64,000 bases of DNA from an uncultured Candidatus Saccharibacteria bacterium (GCA_964639295.1 CAZXDT010000001.1:52784-116783), one strand, 5' to 3'. Shown: positions 31,288-41,122, counted from the stretch's first letter. Notes: generated by a model from the sequence alone, not told the origin. Numbers and translations: made by a program.

Positions 31288-32286
31288 CTATATGGAACGA
31301 GTAAGACCATCTACGGCCATAAGTGCATGCAAGATAACATTATCACCAGTTGCATGACCCCTGTTTCCGGGACCATCGTAACCTATGGTCGTTACATGTT
31401 TACTGAGTAGATCAGCACTCTCGAAACTAGGGCTGAACATTGGGCTACCTTCTACAAAACCAAGTTTTACAGGCACATCCTGTAAGTCAACACCGGCCAC
31501 CAAACCATCTACATCACCAACCATTGATCTCTGTATAAGCTTACTGTCGGCACGGAGGCTCTGCATCCCAAAGCGCACAATATCGAGCAACAAACCAGGA
31601 GCTCTCATTGCCTCAGACAAAGCATCAATATCCGCATCCTTCACAGCACCAAACAACTGGGAGAGCCCGCCCGATTGGAAGTCTTTAGCTAGTCGCTTAA
31701 CCGAACGACCAAACTTGCTCGGGGCTTCGTCTGCGTTAATATTAGTAACATGTAACCTAGATGAGCCGACCGCACCCATAGCAAGCGCAGTTAGAGCACC
31801 TTGGGAGTACCCCGTAATTGAAAGCGCACCAAGTGAACGCTGCTTATCTAGCTCTTCAAAGGCGAGAAGTTCTATTTCACCGAGTGGGCGGATATTACCC
31901 ATAGCCAACCTCCTGCGGTCTTCGGTCGTAAAAGTATAGGCTGAATTCTTACTACTGTTATTTGGCATAACAATTAGCGGAACTTCGGGATCAAGGATAA
32001 GCTGTAGTGTCTTTGCACGAATATATTGGTGCGGTGATAAACCATTCAGAAAGGGCAAGCCTAGTGCAGTTGTTCTTGTAGTATCAAAATCAGCTGAATC
32101 GGGCAGAATTTGCATGAGCTGCACATCACGCATTTCATCAATTGGTACATATGTCGGTTCGGGCATTTCTGTAACCACATCACGCAAATCTTTACCTGCC
32201 CAGTGGTTATATGCACGTAGTACGCCTTCACGGTTTTCGTCCATAAGGGCTGTGAAATCTCTTGACTTGAAAAATGAATCACTCAT
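31288..32286 (-). CDS. Hypothetical protein with lipase-type GYSQG nucleophile elbow; possibly truncated by an in-frame TAG
   Basis: GxSxG motif. The frame stays open for 59 codons past the TAG. Confidence 0.45.
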   Translation of the reverse strand: MSDSFFKSRDFTALMDENREGVLRAYNHWAGKDLRDVVTEMPEPTYVPIDEMRDVQLMQILPDSADFDTTRTTALGLPFLNGLSPHQYIRAKTLQLILDPEVPLIVMPNNSSKNSAYTFTTEDRRRLAMGNIRPLGEIELLAFEELDKQRSLGALSITGYSQGALTALAMGAVGSSRLHVTNINADEAPSKFGRSVKRLAKDFQSGGLSQLFGAVKDADIDALSEAMRAPGLLLDIVRFGMQSLRADSKLIQRSMVGDVDGLVAGVDLQDVPVKLGFVEGSPMFSPSFESADLLSKHVTTIGYDGPGNRGHATGDNVILHALMAVDGLTRSI

Positions 32287-32513
32287 ATCTTAATATTATA
32301 GCACACTTTACAATGTTTTGCAATATTCACCTCTGTTTAGTAGAATAGAACCTAGCTTGATATAAACCTTTGAGCAGAAAATTGAGCAATATTTGTGCGA
32401 AAAGTTTGAAAGGCGAGGAGGCATACCCTTTGGTACGTCGACGAGCCATGAAGACTTTGCAGCCAAATATTGCCGATTAGCTGTCAAAGAGTTTATGTTA
32501 AGGTAGGTTTAAT

Positions 32514-32978
32514 ATGGTTAAGAAAAAGACTCCCCAAGCTAAGGTTATTAGTAACCGCCGCGCTCGCCATGATTACGATCTTGGCGATGGGTTAATAGTG
32601 GGTCTTGAACTTAATGGTAGGGAAGTTAAATCACTGCGTATGGGGCACGGACAGCTCCGTGGTGCCTATATTACTGTCAAAGACAACGAGTTGTGGCTAC
32701 TGAATGCTACTATCAACGGCACGAACGGTATTCCACTCAGTGAGTCAGAACAAGTCCGTACTCGTAAGTTACTAGCGCGCCGTAAACAGATAGATGAACT
32801 TATTGCAGAGAAACAACAGGGGAAATCAATTATTCCTACCGAAATACTGACTCAAGGTCGTTACATTAAACTGCGACTAGCAGTTGGTAGAGGTAAGAAA
32901 CAATACGACAAAAGACAAACACTAAAGAAACGCTCAGAAACGCGCGATATTAACCGAGCAATCAAAGCTCACCAATAG
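32514..32978 (+). CDS. smpB: SsrA-binding protein
   Basis: NRRARHDYDL..GxEVKSLR signature, 154 aa. Confidence 0.9.
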   Translation: MVKKKTPQAKVISNRRARHDYDLGDGLIVGLELNGREVKSLRMGHGQLRGAYITVKDNELWLLNATINGTNGIPLSESEQVRTRKLLARRKQIDELIAEKQQGKSIIPTEILTQGRYIKLRLAVGRGKKQYDKRQTLKKRSETRDINRAIKAHQ

Positions 32979-33027
32979 ACCCTACCTCTGTTAATACATT
33001 GACATTATTCTTGTTTGTTGGTATTAT

Positions 33028-33579
33028 ATGGTTATGTTTAGAGGCGTTCGGAGGCTCTGTATCGTAATGGTGCTTGGTGTGGCACTAGCTTTAGCGTACC
33101 CCAGCCACTTACTCAGCGCTGCAATTCCCGCACAAGAAGCCGAAACCCTCACAACTTTCCCGGTCCAGGCTGGCCTTCCGGACCCAAATTCTATTTTTGA
33201 TACGGTAAACCAAGTTCGTGCTACCCAAGGGCTCCCAAAACTTAAAAAAGACGCCGTCCTGACCCGTATTGCTCAGGAGCGCGCCGCAGACATGCACAAA
33301 CACTCATATTACGCCCACAAGAACCCCGACGGGCTCTTTTACTACGATCTTATGTATCAACAGCATGTTGGATTTAATTACAGCTGTGAAAACCTAGACC
33401 TACAATTTGTTACATCCTCAGCCAATTACGTTAATGACTGGATGTATAGCAACAAAGGACACCGTGAATGCATGCTGAACACCGTAACCGACCGTGCCGG
33501 CTATGCTATCACAACGCTTGATACCGGGAACGAATCCGTCGCGTATGTAGTCGTCGCAATCCACGCATCCTTAAACTGA
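33028..33579 (+). CDS. Secreted CAP-domain (SCP/PR-1-like) protein
   Basis: Signal peptide. VNQVRATQGLPKL..HRECMLN CAP motifs. Confidence 0.7.
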   Translation: MVMFRGVRRLCIVMVLGVALALAYPSHLLSAAIPAQEAETLTTFPVQAGLPDPNSIFDTVNQVRATQGLPKLKKDAVLTRIAQERAADMHKHSYYAHKNPDGLFYYDLMYQQHVGFNYSCENLDLQFVTSSANYVNDWMYSNKGHRECMLNTVTDRAGYAITTLDTGNESVAYVVVAIHASLN

Positions 33580-33649
33580 CCTTAATTTCAGGCTAGACAT
33601 TGTCCTGCCGGGCTGCCAAACTAAACATAAGCATTACTGAGGGCATTAC

Positions 33650-34975
33650 ATGAGTTTTAGCCAGTTTATATTGGACTCACACGAGCAGTACCGCCAGGAG
33701 GTACGCCTGCGTAATGGTTGGCTCATAAGATTACGGTGGTTGTACCTACTGTTGCTCGGGGGTGTGGCAGTTGCCACTTCATATACCTCTTCTATGGAGA
33801 CACAGCCGTATCGTCGGTTTGTGATAACACTAATTTTGAGTGGGCTGTCGCTTAACTTTGTACTGTGGCTTATCCTGAAGTTTAGGCAACTGTCCACGTT
33901 AGCTTCACACCAAATTGCAGTTATTCAAATCTTATTGGACGCCGGGCTAGCGGCATCAGTCGTCTACTTCCAGGGTGGTATTGATAGTCGCGCGACACTT
34001 TTGTTCGCGTTACCTATTTTGAATGCTGGGGTGCTGTTTGTGCCAATCTTTGCCTATACAGCCGCTGCACTTAATGCCTTGGTGTACACAGGTGCAATGG
34101 TGTTATACCAGCATCATAACCCAGCTAGCTATCCCTTGAAGGACGTTATTTTACCGGCTGTTTTCTATTCGGCTGTGTTTTTACTTCTTGCGATTATTGT
34201 CTCTGGGTACACCGAGCGTAATCGCGCAAAGGAGCGAGAGAGTTCATACGCAGAACTACTGTCGCTGTTGCGCCACCAACTTCACCACCCAACAGGGGTT
34301 ATTGCTGCAATCGTGGAGATGTTAGAGCAAGGGGCGAGCTTCAGTAAACTCACAGCCAAAGAAAAAGAGTATATCAAACAACTCAAGTACGAAAACCATC
34401 GTATACACACCATGATTGCTAACTTACTCAAAACAGCAGATATTGACGAGAAGATATCCCACGGCAGAGAACATTGGACTGATGTACATCTCATGAACGT
34501 TATTACTGACTGTTCCAGCGCGGTCGCCGTAGCATATAAGCGCATAGGCGATTTAGACCTACAAGTACCAAATGAAGACATAACTATGCGTGGCGATCCA
34601 GAGCAGCTACAGCTCGCATTTGAGAACATTGTGGAGAATGCCTTTAAATACAGCGACAAGGGCCACAAAGTTACTATTAGGTTACTTGCTAAGCGCGTAC
34701 CGACTATCGAAATAGATATTGAAGATCACGGTGAAGGTATTAGTGACAAGCAACAAAGAAACCTACTGACTGCGTTTAATAAGCTTGAGACATCCAGTAA
34801 AGACAGCTATGAGGCGATCAATACATATGCCATGGGCCTGGGCCTGTATATCAGTAAAATGATTATTGAGCAGCACGGTGGGCAATTCAGCTTACAATCA
34901 AAGGTAGGTCAGGGAACTAAGGTAATTATTAAGGTCAAACGTGACATGTGGAGGTACTATTATGGACAAAAGTAA
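33650..34975 (+). CDS. Membrane sensor histidine kinase
   Basis: 6 TM N-terminus, H-box (LRHQLHHPTG), HATPase_c with G1/G2 boxes (DHGEGI, GLGLYISK). Confidence 0.8.
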   Translation: MSFSQFILDSHEQYRQEVRLRNGWLIRLRWLYLLLLGGVAVATSYTSSMETQPYRRFVITLILSGLSLNFVLWLILKFRQLSTLASHQIAVIQILLDAGLAASVVYFQGGIDSRATLLFALPILNAGVLFVPIFAYTAAALNALVYTGAMVLYQHHNPASYPLKDVILPAVFYSAVFLLLAIIVSGYTERNRAKERESSYAELLSLLRHQLHHPTGVIAAIVEMLEQGASFSKLTAKEKEYIKQLKYENHRIHTMIANLLKTADIDEKISHGREHWTDVHLMNVITDCSSAVAVAYKRIGDLDLQVPNEDITMRGDPEQLQLAFENIVENAFKYSDKGHKVTIRLLAKRVPTIEIDIEDHGEGISDKQQRNLLTAFNKLETSSKDSYEAINTYAMGLGLYISKMIIEQHGGQFSLQSKVGQGTKVIIKVKRDMWRYYYGQK

Positions 34976-35363
34976 GGCACGCATTCTATATATTGAGGAT
35001 TACCCGGTGGTACAGACGATGTACGTCGATGCACTACGGAGTCATGGGTTTACAATTGATGTAGCAAGCGACGGCAAAACTGCTCTTGAACTGGTACAGG
35101 CCAACGCCTACGACGTCATTCTCCTGGATCTACTGCTCCCTCGGGTCACCGGGCTAGAGTTCTTACGGGAATTTAGAGCAAAAGACTATAATGGTGAGGT
35201 GGTCATTCTGTCTGATTTTGATGACCCCAACACCATTCAAGAGACAGTTAAGCTCAAAGTAGAGCACTACTGGATCAAGGTAGAGAATACGCCACACCTG
35301 TTAGCACAGCGGTTAGATGAGCTAATAAATGGTATTGCTGACACGGACAAAACACAAGCATAG
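34962..35363 (+). CDS. Single-domain response regulator (receiver only)
   Basis: ARILYIEDYP..DVILLDLLLP receiver motifs; no output domain. Confidence 0.8.
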   Translation: MDKSKARILYIEDYPVVQTMYVDALRSHGFTIDVASDGKTALELVQANAYDVILLDLLLPRVTGLEFLREFRAKDYNGEVVILSDFDDPNTIQETVKLKVEHYWIKVENTPHLLAQRLDELINGIADTDKTQA

Positions 35364-35535
35364 TCATATCTCTTTACAGATACGTTATAAACCTATAAAA
35401 TAACCCCCGTTAGTTTGACCCTAAAAGTACATGTTACACACGTGTTACACTGGCTGGGAAGAGCAGCCCGACAAAAAGTCACGCCTTTTTGCCGGCGCGA
35501 TGAGAAACCCGAGAAATGGGTGTCTCATGCATTAA

Positions 35536-35610
35536 TCCGGGGTAGCGCAGTGGTAGCGCAGTTGACTGTTAATCAATTGGTCGCGGGTTCGAATCCCGCC
35601 CCCGGAGCCA
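35536..35610 (+). tRNA. tRNA-Asn (anticodon GUU), CCA encoded
   Basis: Acceptor TCCGGGG/CCCCGGA, anticodon loop CTGTTAA, T-loop GTTCGAATC. Confidence 0.9.
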
Positions 35611-35626
35611 AGGTACTTACGCTTTA

Positions 35627-35654
35627 CAAAATACCACTTATGTGGTATTTTTAG
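35627..35654 (+). terminator. Intrinsic terminator after tRNA-Asn
   Basis: ATACCAC-TTAT-GTGGTAT then TTTT. Confidence 0.5.
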
Positions 35655-35658
35655 TTTC

Positions 35659-35973
35659 ATGAGTTTTTCAAACGAACATATTGGTGGTGGAGCTGATGGT
35701 GGTGTATTTAATATGTATATAGAACTGCCTTCTTGGATGAACCATGAAGATGTTGGTACCGCACTTGTAGAGATTGATGCATCAGTACAGGGCATAAAAG
35801 AGCCTCCAGTAGCAAAGGTGCACTCTGACTATCCTAGACCCGCTCAGATAGATATTGAAGACTATCGCCGTTTTTATGTTGAGTTCGAGGATTACGCAAC
35901 AGAGGAAGACATCAAAGCAGCAGTTCAGATTGTGTCTGGAGCAATCAAAAAGCTTCGATATGCTGACGCATAG
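35659..35973 (+). CDS. Hypothetical small acidic protein
   Basis: Follows tRNA-Asn. TAG stop fused to repeat copy 5. Confidence 0.45.
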   Translation: MSFSNEHIGGGADGGVFNMYIELPSWMNHEDVGTALVEIDASVQGIKEPPVAKVHSDYPRPAQIDIEDYRRFYVEFEDYATEEDIKAAVQIVSGAIKKLRYADA

Positions 35974-36042
35974 TTCGGAAGTCGTTTATTAGTGGGAGCC
36001 ATAAGCATTTTGACCTCTGTTGAAGCAGAGGTTTTTGTTTTG
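35971..36042 (+). repeat. Dispersed repeat, copy 5 (full head plus hairpin CCTCTG-TTGAAG-CAGAGG plus T-run)
   Basis: Head identical to copies 2 and 6. Confidence 0.75.
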
Positions 36043-36118
36043 ACTCTCAAAGGGGGAACTTGGTATTTATCGATACATAGCTTATATTACAAAGCATAAA
36101 CGTCAACAAGGCTCTTAA

Positions 36119-37633
36119 ATGCTAAAAATAAAGTTACTAAAGTCAGATCAAAAGGGCTTTTCGCACCACTTCATACTACCGCTAATCGTAATTACAGTCA
36201 TCGCAGGTATTGGTACGTATATAATTACGAAATCGAAGGCGGCAACAAGTGGGCCAGTTATTGCACAAAGAAGTCAAATTAGAGCTTTTTCAAGTGGTAA
36301 ATGCCTGGAGAATGATAATGGCACGAAAGCACTCGGAAATCTTATTGTCATCCGACCGTGCGATGCTAAGAAACCTGTATCCCAACTGTGGACTATTATG
36401 GGTGACAGGTCACTTCGTAATGCCAACGGCTATTGCCTTGATACCCAAGCAGGCATAATGACCCCAGGTACAAAGATTGTCATGCGCAATTGTACGGGCA
36501 ATGTAGACCAACAATGGGTAATTTTTACTGCTGATCAAACTATTCGTAACCCCCTAACTGGTCTGTGTCTCGCAAACGAAGCTGGCTCGTCACAAGTTAT
36601 CATAGATAGATGTGCTGAGAGTAAAACCCAACAACACTGGAACGCTGCTATTTACACAGGACAAAAACTACCTTCAGTGCCTACAGTGCCTAAAAAAATC
36701 GCTCCTACTGCTGGAGCAACGAGCAGATTCACGGTCGGAACATTCAACGTGCTGGGTTATCACTACACAATACCTGGTTCAAAATCATCCTTACAGAACT
36801 ATCCTGGTTTTCGTGATGGTATTACACGAATCGATTGGGCTGTGAAAATGTTCGAAGAGAACAAGCTAGACGTTGTGGGTTTACAAGAATTTGAGCCAGA
36901 ACAATATGGCCGTGTTAAAGCAATATACGCAGGGGATACAACTGGAAACTGGTTAATCTACCCAACCCCTATGCGGCAAGATACCAACAATGTTTCAACA
37001 GGTGCTATTATGTGGCGGAAAAATAAATTCACTATGATCGCTTCAGGGCACCGGTTAATTAGCAGAGCTAACTTTACGGACAAAGATGGGAATGAAGTTA
37101 CAAAAGATGCAGAAGCTCCTTGGGTAAAGCTCAAAGAAAACAGTACTGGCAAAGTATTTTATGTAACAAATATCCATGATGCCGTAACCACGCCTACTGT
37201 AAATAATGCTCAAACCCGAGTTGCAAACGAGACTGAAAATCTAGCCGATATAAAGAAAAAGTTAGCTGACGCACCCGTCATTGCGACCGGTGACTTTAAC
37301 TCTGGTTTTAGCTGGGACGCTACTCGTGATGCAGGGATACCGAAAACAAGCATAACCTACTGTATCCTAACCCAAGGTGGCTTTATGACCAATGCATATG
37401 ATATTTCACGTTATATCAAGGCGGGCGTTCAAGGAGAATATTTCAGTACGACTAATCGTACGACTATCCCGGCCTGTCCATCTTCTAGTAACCCAGATCG
37501 ATCGGACGTGGACCATATATATGTTAGCAACAAGGTAAATGTTCTGAACTGGATTGTTGTACCAGGAGAGACAGATCCCGCACTTAGGGTTTCAGATCAT
37601 AAACTCCATTACTCTAGCGTCAGCATTCAATAG
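36119..37633 (+). CDS. Secreted ricin-B (beta-trefoil) lectin fused to an endonuclease/exonuclease/phosphatase (EEP) domain
   Basis: Signal/TM; three QxW repeats (SQLW, DQQW, QQHW); EEP motifs GTFNVLG, VVGLQEF and C-terminal SDH. Confidence 0.7.
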   Translation: MLKIKLLKSDQKGFSHHFILPLIVITVIAGIGTYIITKSKAATSGPVIAQRSQIRAFSSGKCLENDNGTKALGNLIVIRPCDAKKPVSQLWTIMGDRSLRNANGYCLDTQAGIMTPGTKIVMRNCTGNVDQQWVIFTADQTIRNPLTGLCLANEAGSSQVIIDRCAESKTQQHWNAAIYTGQKLPSVPTVPKKIAPTAGATSRFTVGTFNVLGYHYTIPGSKSSLQNYPGFRDGITRIDWAVKMFEENKLDVVGLQEFEPEQYGRVKAIYAGDTTGNWLIYPTPMRQDTNNVSTGAIMWRKNKFTMIASGHRLISRANFTDKDGNEVTKDAEAPWVKLKENSTGKVFYVTNIHDAVTTPTVNNAQTRVANETENLADIKKKLADAPVIATGDFNSGFSWDATRDAGIPKTSITYCILTQGGFMTNAYDISRYIKAGVQGEYFSTTNRTTIPACPSSSNPDRSDVDHIYVSNKVNVLNWIVVPGETDPALRVSDHKLHYSSVSIQ

Positions 37634-37667
37634 TATAGATATTGCTGCTCCGTATATTTTGGCATCA

Positions 37668-37736
37668 AGTTCGGAAGTCGTTTATTAGTGGGAGCCATAA
37701 GCATTTTGACCTCTGTTTCGGCAGAGGTTTTTTGTC
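37668..37736 (+). repeat. Dispersed repeat, copy 6 (full head plus hairpin CCTCTG-TTTCGG-CAGAGG plus T-run)
   Basis: Head identical to copies 2 and 5; lies between convergent genes. Confidence 0.75.
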
Positions 37737-37739
37737 TTG

Positions 37740-38576
37740 CTAAAATTCTATATTGTCAATTAGGTGTCGCATTATCTCGTCTGGGTTAGTGACTATAGCA
37801 GTAGAAGTTGCGTTGCATAACCCTCGAACACAGATTTCAAGCTCATCGCCAGGTCTAGCGCTTGGTATTACCTCAGATACAGATCTTGTCTGGACGCCTC
37901 GCACATATTGGTCAATTGGTGTCCAGCCCAGGTTACTATAAGACCGTGTTTGGTCAGGAATGTAGTCCACTAATTGTGGCGCTAGACCGACGATGGCACC
38001 AAACATCACTAATGGTTCATACAATGACTCACCAGATTCATTATCTTCAAGATAGCTAAAGCCCACGATATGTCGAGCCAATGATACTCGACCTATTGGC
38101 TTGTTAGTCCAATCGATGATAGCTCCGAGATCAAGTTTCATTGCCAACAAGCTTGCTATTGGGGCCGCTAGAACATCCGTGCTCTCAGGAATCATAGTTC
38201 TGCTCGGCGTTGCACTTTCAGATACGAATGGATTAAGGGGGTCAATTTTTCCTTCGAGACAGAACATTGCTTTGTCCATCACAAAAAATGATGCATGTTG
38301 TGATGGAATACGCATAGTTGGGGTGCTTGCTACATTTGCATGTGTTGTATTTCCCTCTGAGGTGCGTCTACCTGTAAGTATATGAATCTTGTCTTCGAAT
38401 GAAGTTACAACAGTAGCAGAAAGCACTGGCTGCCATAGATTATCCAAAGCAAATGGATCAGCAAATATTTCGTTAGCATCTGCTGGTGAATCAAAGCCTG
38501 GCAAGTAGGGTGAGAGCTCTCGTATTTCAGCCTCGGTGTACTGTCGGCGAGCATGAATTAAAGGGTTAATTTCCAT
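37740..38576 (-). CDS. Hypothetical protein
   Basis: 278-aa ORF with coding-like composition; no motif recognised. Confidence 0.4.
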   Translation of the reverse strand: MEINPLIHARRQYTEAEIRELSPYLPGFDSPADANEIFADPFALDNLWQPVLSATVVTSFEDKIHILTGRRTSEGNTTHANVASTPTMRIPSQHASFFVMDKAMFCLEGKIDPLNPFVSESATPSRTMIPESTDVLAAPIASLLAMKLDLGAIIDWTNKPIGRVSLARHIVGFSYLEDNESGESLYEPLVMFGAIVGLAPQLVDYIPDQTRSYSNLGWTPIDQYVRGVQTRSVSEVIPSARPGDELEICVRGLCNATSTAIVTNPDEIMRHLIDNIEF

Positions 38577-38626
38577 GATTCAAAACTTTTGCATATAATA
38601 ACATATTTATTGTATGAAGTAAATTA

Positions 38627-38665
38627 CCTTCACCTCTGTTTCGGCATGGGTCTTTTATTTTGTTT
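38627..38665 (+). repeat. Degenerate copy 7 of the repeat tail (CACCTCTGTTTCGGCATGGGTCTTTTATTTTG)
   Basis: Left hairpin arm and loop are conserved; right arm is mutated. Confidence 0.4.
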
Positions 38666-38679
38666 GATATGATGTCCCT

Positions 38680-39243
38680 ATGAGAAATGCAATTATCCTT
38701 CATGGACAGCCAAGCAAAGAAGAATACTACGACCCTACAATGCCGAGCATGAGCAATGCACACTGGATACCTTGGCTACAAGGACAGTTACTTAAAAATG
38801 ATATTGAAGCCGTAACACCTGAAGTACCGTACGCCTTTGAGCCCAAGTGGGACCTATGGTTAAAAGAAGTTGAACGGTTTGATATAACTCCAGAAACTCT
38901 AATTGTTGGGCATAGTAGGGGTGGTGATTTCTGGCTAAGATACCTGAGCGAACGCCCAGAACTTAAAGTCGGTAAAGTTGTTCTTGTTGCACCATCACTT
39001 GGATTCTTAACACTCAACGACAATTATTTTGGTCAGTTTGAGATTGATCCTAATCTCGCAGAGCGTACGAATGGCATCACCTTATTTCATTCCGATAATG
39101 ATGGGCAAAACATGATTGAAACTGCAGAAAAACTAATCAGAACTATTAGCGGGCTCAAGCACCAGCAATTCCATTTAGGTCACTTTACATCTGGAAGCAT
39201 GGGTACTACAGAATTTCCGGAGCTTCTTGATGAAGTACTGTAG
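38680..39243 (+). CDS. YdeN/RBBP9-like serine hydrolase (alpha/beta fold)
   Basis: ILHGQPSKEE..IVGHSRGG nucleophile motif, ~190 aa. Confidence 0.6.
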   Translation: MRNAIILHGQPSKEEYYDPTMPSMSNAHWIPWLQGQLLKNDIEAVTPEVPYAFEPKWDLWLKEVERFDITPETLIVGHSRGGDFWLRYLSERPELKVGKVVLVAPSLGFLTLNDNYFGQFEIDPNLAERTNGITLFHSDNDGQNMIETAEKLIRTISGLKHQQFHLGHFTSGSMGTTEFPELLDEVL

Positions 39244-39310
39244 TTCGAACCTCGTCCACTAGGGGGAGCCATAAGCATTTTGACCTCTGTTTCGGCAAGG
39301 GTTTTGTTCT
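39241..39310 (+). repeat. Dispersed repeat, copy 8 (variant head TAGTTCGAACCTCGTCCACTAGGGGGAGCCATAAGCA plus weakened hairpin)
   Basis: Starts on the TAG stop of the upstream gene. Right hairpin arm is CAAGGG instead of CAGAGG. Confidence 0.65.
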
Positions 39311-39480
39311 AAGTGCTCATGGTTATCACTGGTAATTATGATTTAATATAGGCATTATTGTGAGACACCTCCAATAGTATTTTGACAGAGTGGTAATCGG
39401 TTGCGCTCACAAATCTATTACGTAATGTGGGCTTGTGTGCGTAACCGAATGTTTTGGTTATTAGCTATCGGGAGATTGTT

Positions 39481-39723
39481 ATGTCCAGAGAAGTCATCTT
39501 AGCGATTGCGATCGTTGCGATTGCTATTGGAGTGATCATCTTTTTCGTTGGCGTCGTTTGTGCCGTTGGCCCTGACGATGGCGTCAATGTGCAACTTGGC
39601 ACATTCCTTGGCGTAGTTGGATTTGCCCTTGTCATGTTCGGCATCGTCGGCATAATCAAAGCACCCAACAACGAGCCTGGAGATGGTCAAGAAAGTGTTG
39701 CATTTTGCAATACTCGATGCTGA
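39481..39723 (+). CDS. Small membrane protein
   Basis: GGGAG RBS; two TM helices. Confidence 0.35.
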   Translation: MSREVILAIAIVAIAIGVIIFFVGVVCAVGPDDGVNVQLGTFLGVVGFALVMFGIVGIIKAPNNEPGDGQESVAFCNTRC

Positions 39724-39866
39724 CTGCATGATGCGTTTTATATGAGGGGGATTCGGACATCGATGATCTGTATCAGAGCAGCCGCTCACCCCTCCGCACC
39801 TACCAATCTTTACACTCTGTCACTCAACCCAAGTTTTCATAAACTGAAGATTTAGTTTGAGCCTTT

Positions 39867-39889
39867 GTTCGGAAGTCGTTTATTAAGGG
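39867..39889 (+). repeat. Head-only fragment (copy 9) of the dispersed repeat (GTTCGGAAGTCGTTTATTAAGGG)
   Basis: 23-nt match to the head; no hairpin follows. Confidence 0.45.
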
Positions 39890-39939
39890 CATGATAGACA
39901 CCTTGCAAAAATATGGCACCCTTCATCTATGAACAGCGA

Positions 39940-40410
39940 TTATTTTCGACGTTTTGATTCGTTGATGTTTACTGCTTCAGTAACGAGAGCCCTCAGTGCA
40001 ACCCCATTAACAACATCACCTTCATGAAATTCGATTGCACGATCGGTACTACTCTTGAGACGAGCGTTGAAGAGGTTGTTCTCATCCTTCATGAGGACGC
40101 CTTTAAAGAAGACTAGTTTTATATCGTTTTTGAATGTTTCTGCTATACAAAGTATTCCGTCATGTGACCAAACGGGGAGTCCCTCTGGCCGAGTGGGCAT
40201 CTTCCATTTTACCTCTTCGATCACTTCAGGATCGGCCTGTTTAATCTGCGCCCGTAAGCTAGACAGTATCTCAGCCTTCCAGCCACCGTAAAGCTTGATT
40301 ATGTCATCTATTTGCTGTGAGGCGGGTTTATCTTCCATACTATTATCATACAGCAAGATGGATGAAGCATCTTTGCAGAGTATTTTGTATTGTGGGTTAT
40401 CGTAAGCCAT
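39940..40410 (-). CDS. DUF1801 (YdhG-like) domain protein
   Basis: Overall similarity to YdhG-family proteins (..EVKWKMP..GILCIAETFKN..). Confidence 0.5.
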   Translation of the reverse strand: MAYDNPQYKILCKDASSILLYDNSMEDKPASQQIDDIIKLYGGWKAEILSSLRAQIKQADPEVIEEVKWKMPTRPEGLPVWSHDGILCIAETFKNDIKLVFFKGVLMKDENNLFNARLKSSTDRAIEFHEGDVVNGVALRALVTEAVNINESKRRK

Positions 40411-40474
40411 AGAACCTAAGGTGTTGGCAGGGTGAGATGATACTTAGTTTGAGCCGCTTTGCTATACTAGAGAC

Positions 40475-40684
40475 ATGCAAAAGATAGCCACTCGAATATT
40501 CATTTACGCCTCAATTGCTTTTGGGATCGTAGGGATTCTAATCGTCTTAACCGCCTCTGGCCCAGACGAGCCAGATTCCCGACTTAGTGAAATACTCATA
40601 AGACTTCTATTTGGAACCGTATTCATCATACTGCCTTCTTTTGCGTTAAGCATTGCTGGCAAATATCTGAACGGCAAGTCTTAG
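40475..40684 (+). CDS. Small membrane protein
   Basis: Two TM helices. Confidence 0.3.
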   Translation: MQKIATRIFIYASIAFGIVGILIVLTASGPDEPDSRLSEILIRLLFGTVFIILPSFALSIAGKYLNGKS

Positions 40685-40725
40685 TATTATTTTGAGATCC
40701 TCAGGGAATTAGAAAGGTGGTGCTT

Positions 40726-41115
40726 ATGATAAAAAACCAAGAAGGATTTACCATAATTGAGATAACTATTGCCCTTGTTGTTGTGGCTGTACTTGGTGTG
40801 GGTGCTGTAATGCTACTCAAACATTCAAATCCCACGCCTACAAATAGCAGTACTCTGACTATTGAGGGGAAGGTTATATCAATAGTCGACCAAGGTGGTG
40901 ACACATGTTTAACATACGTCTTAAATACAAACGATTACATAGCAGTCCGATGCCCAGACATGTCAGGTTATAAGGGATTTACGGGGACTTATGATAAGGA
41001 TATTAAGGTTGGTGACACAGTAACAGCAAATGGTACATTGAAAACCCCATCAACTAGCAATCATAAAACCTACCACCTTGATAAACCTGGTACATACCTA
41101 CAATTAAAAAGATAG
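40726..41115 (+). CDS. Type IV pilin-like protein (prepilin N-terminal cleavage/methylation domain)
   Basis: Leader MIKNQEG, then FTIIE (Phe+1, Glu+5) followed by a hydrophobic helix. GGTGG RBS. Confidence 0.75.
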   Translation: MIKNQEGFTIIEITIALVVVAVLGVGAVMLLKHSNPTPTNSSTLTIEGKVISIVDQGGDTCLTYVLNTNDYIAVRCPDMSGYKGFTGTYDKDIKVGDTVTANGTLKTPSTSNHKTYHLDKPGTYLQLKR

Positions 41116-41122
41116 ATTCTAC

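Noticed and set aside
31102-31290. TAG stop-codon reassignment or readthrough as the explanation for the open frame after TAG
   Set aside because: TAG terminates many well-defined genes here (9401, 35971, 37631, 39241, 31102 and others), so the standard code applies.
35415-35654. 79-aa ORF from the track
   Set aside because: It overlaps tRNA-Asn and its terminator, so it is spurious.
39852-40455. 12-nt direct repeat TTAGTTTGAGCC flanking the DUF1801 gene, as a possible target-site duplication
   Set aside because: A 12-mer match within ~600 nt is expected by chance several times in 64 kb. There are no terminal inverted repeats or transposase.
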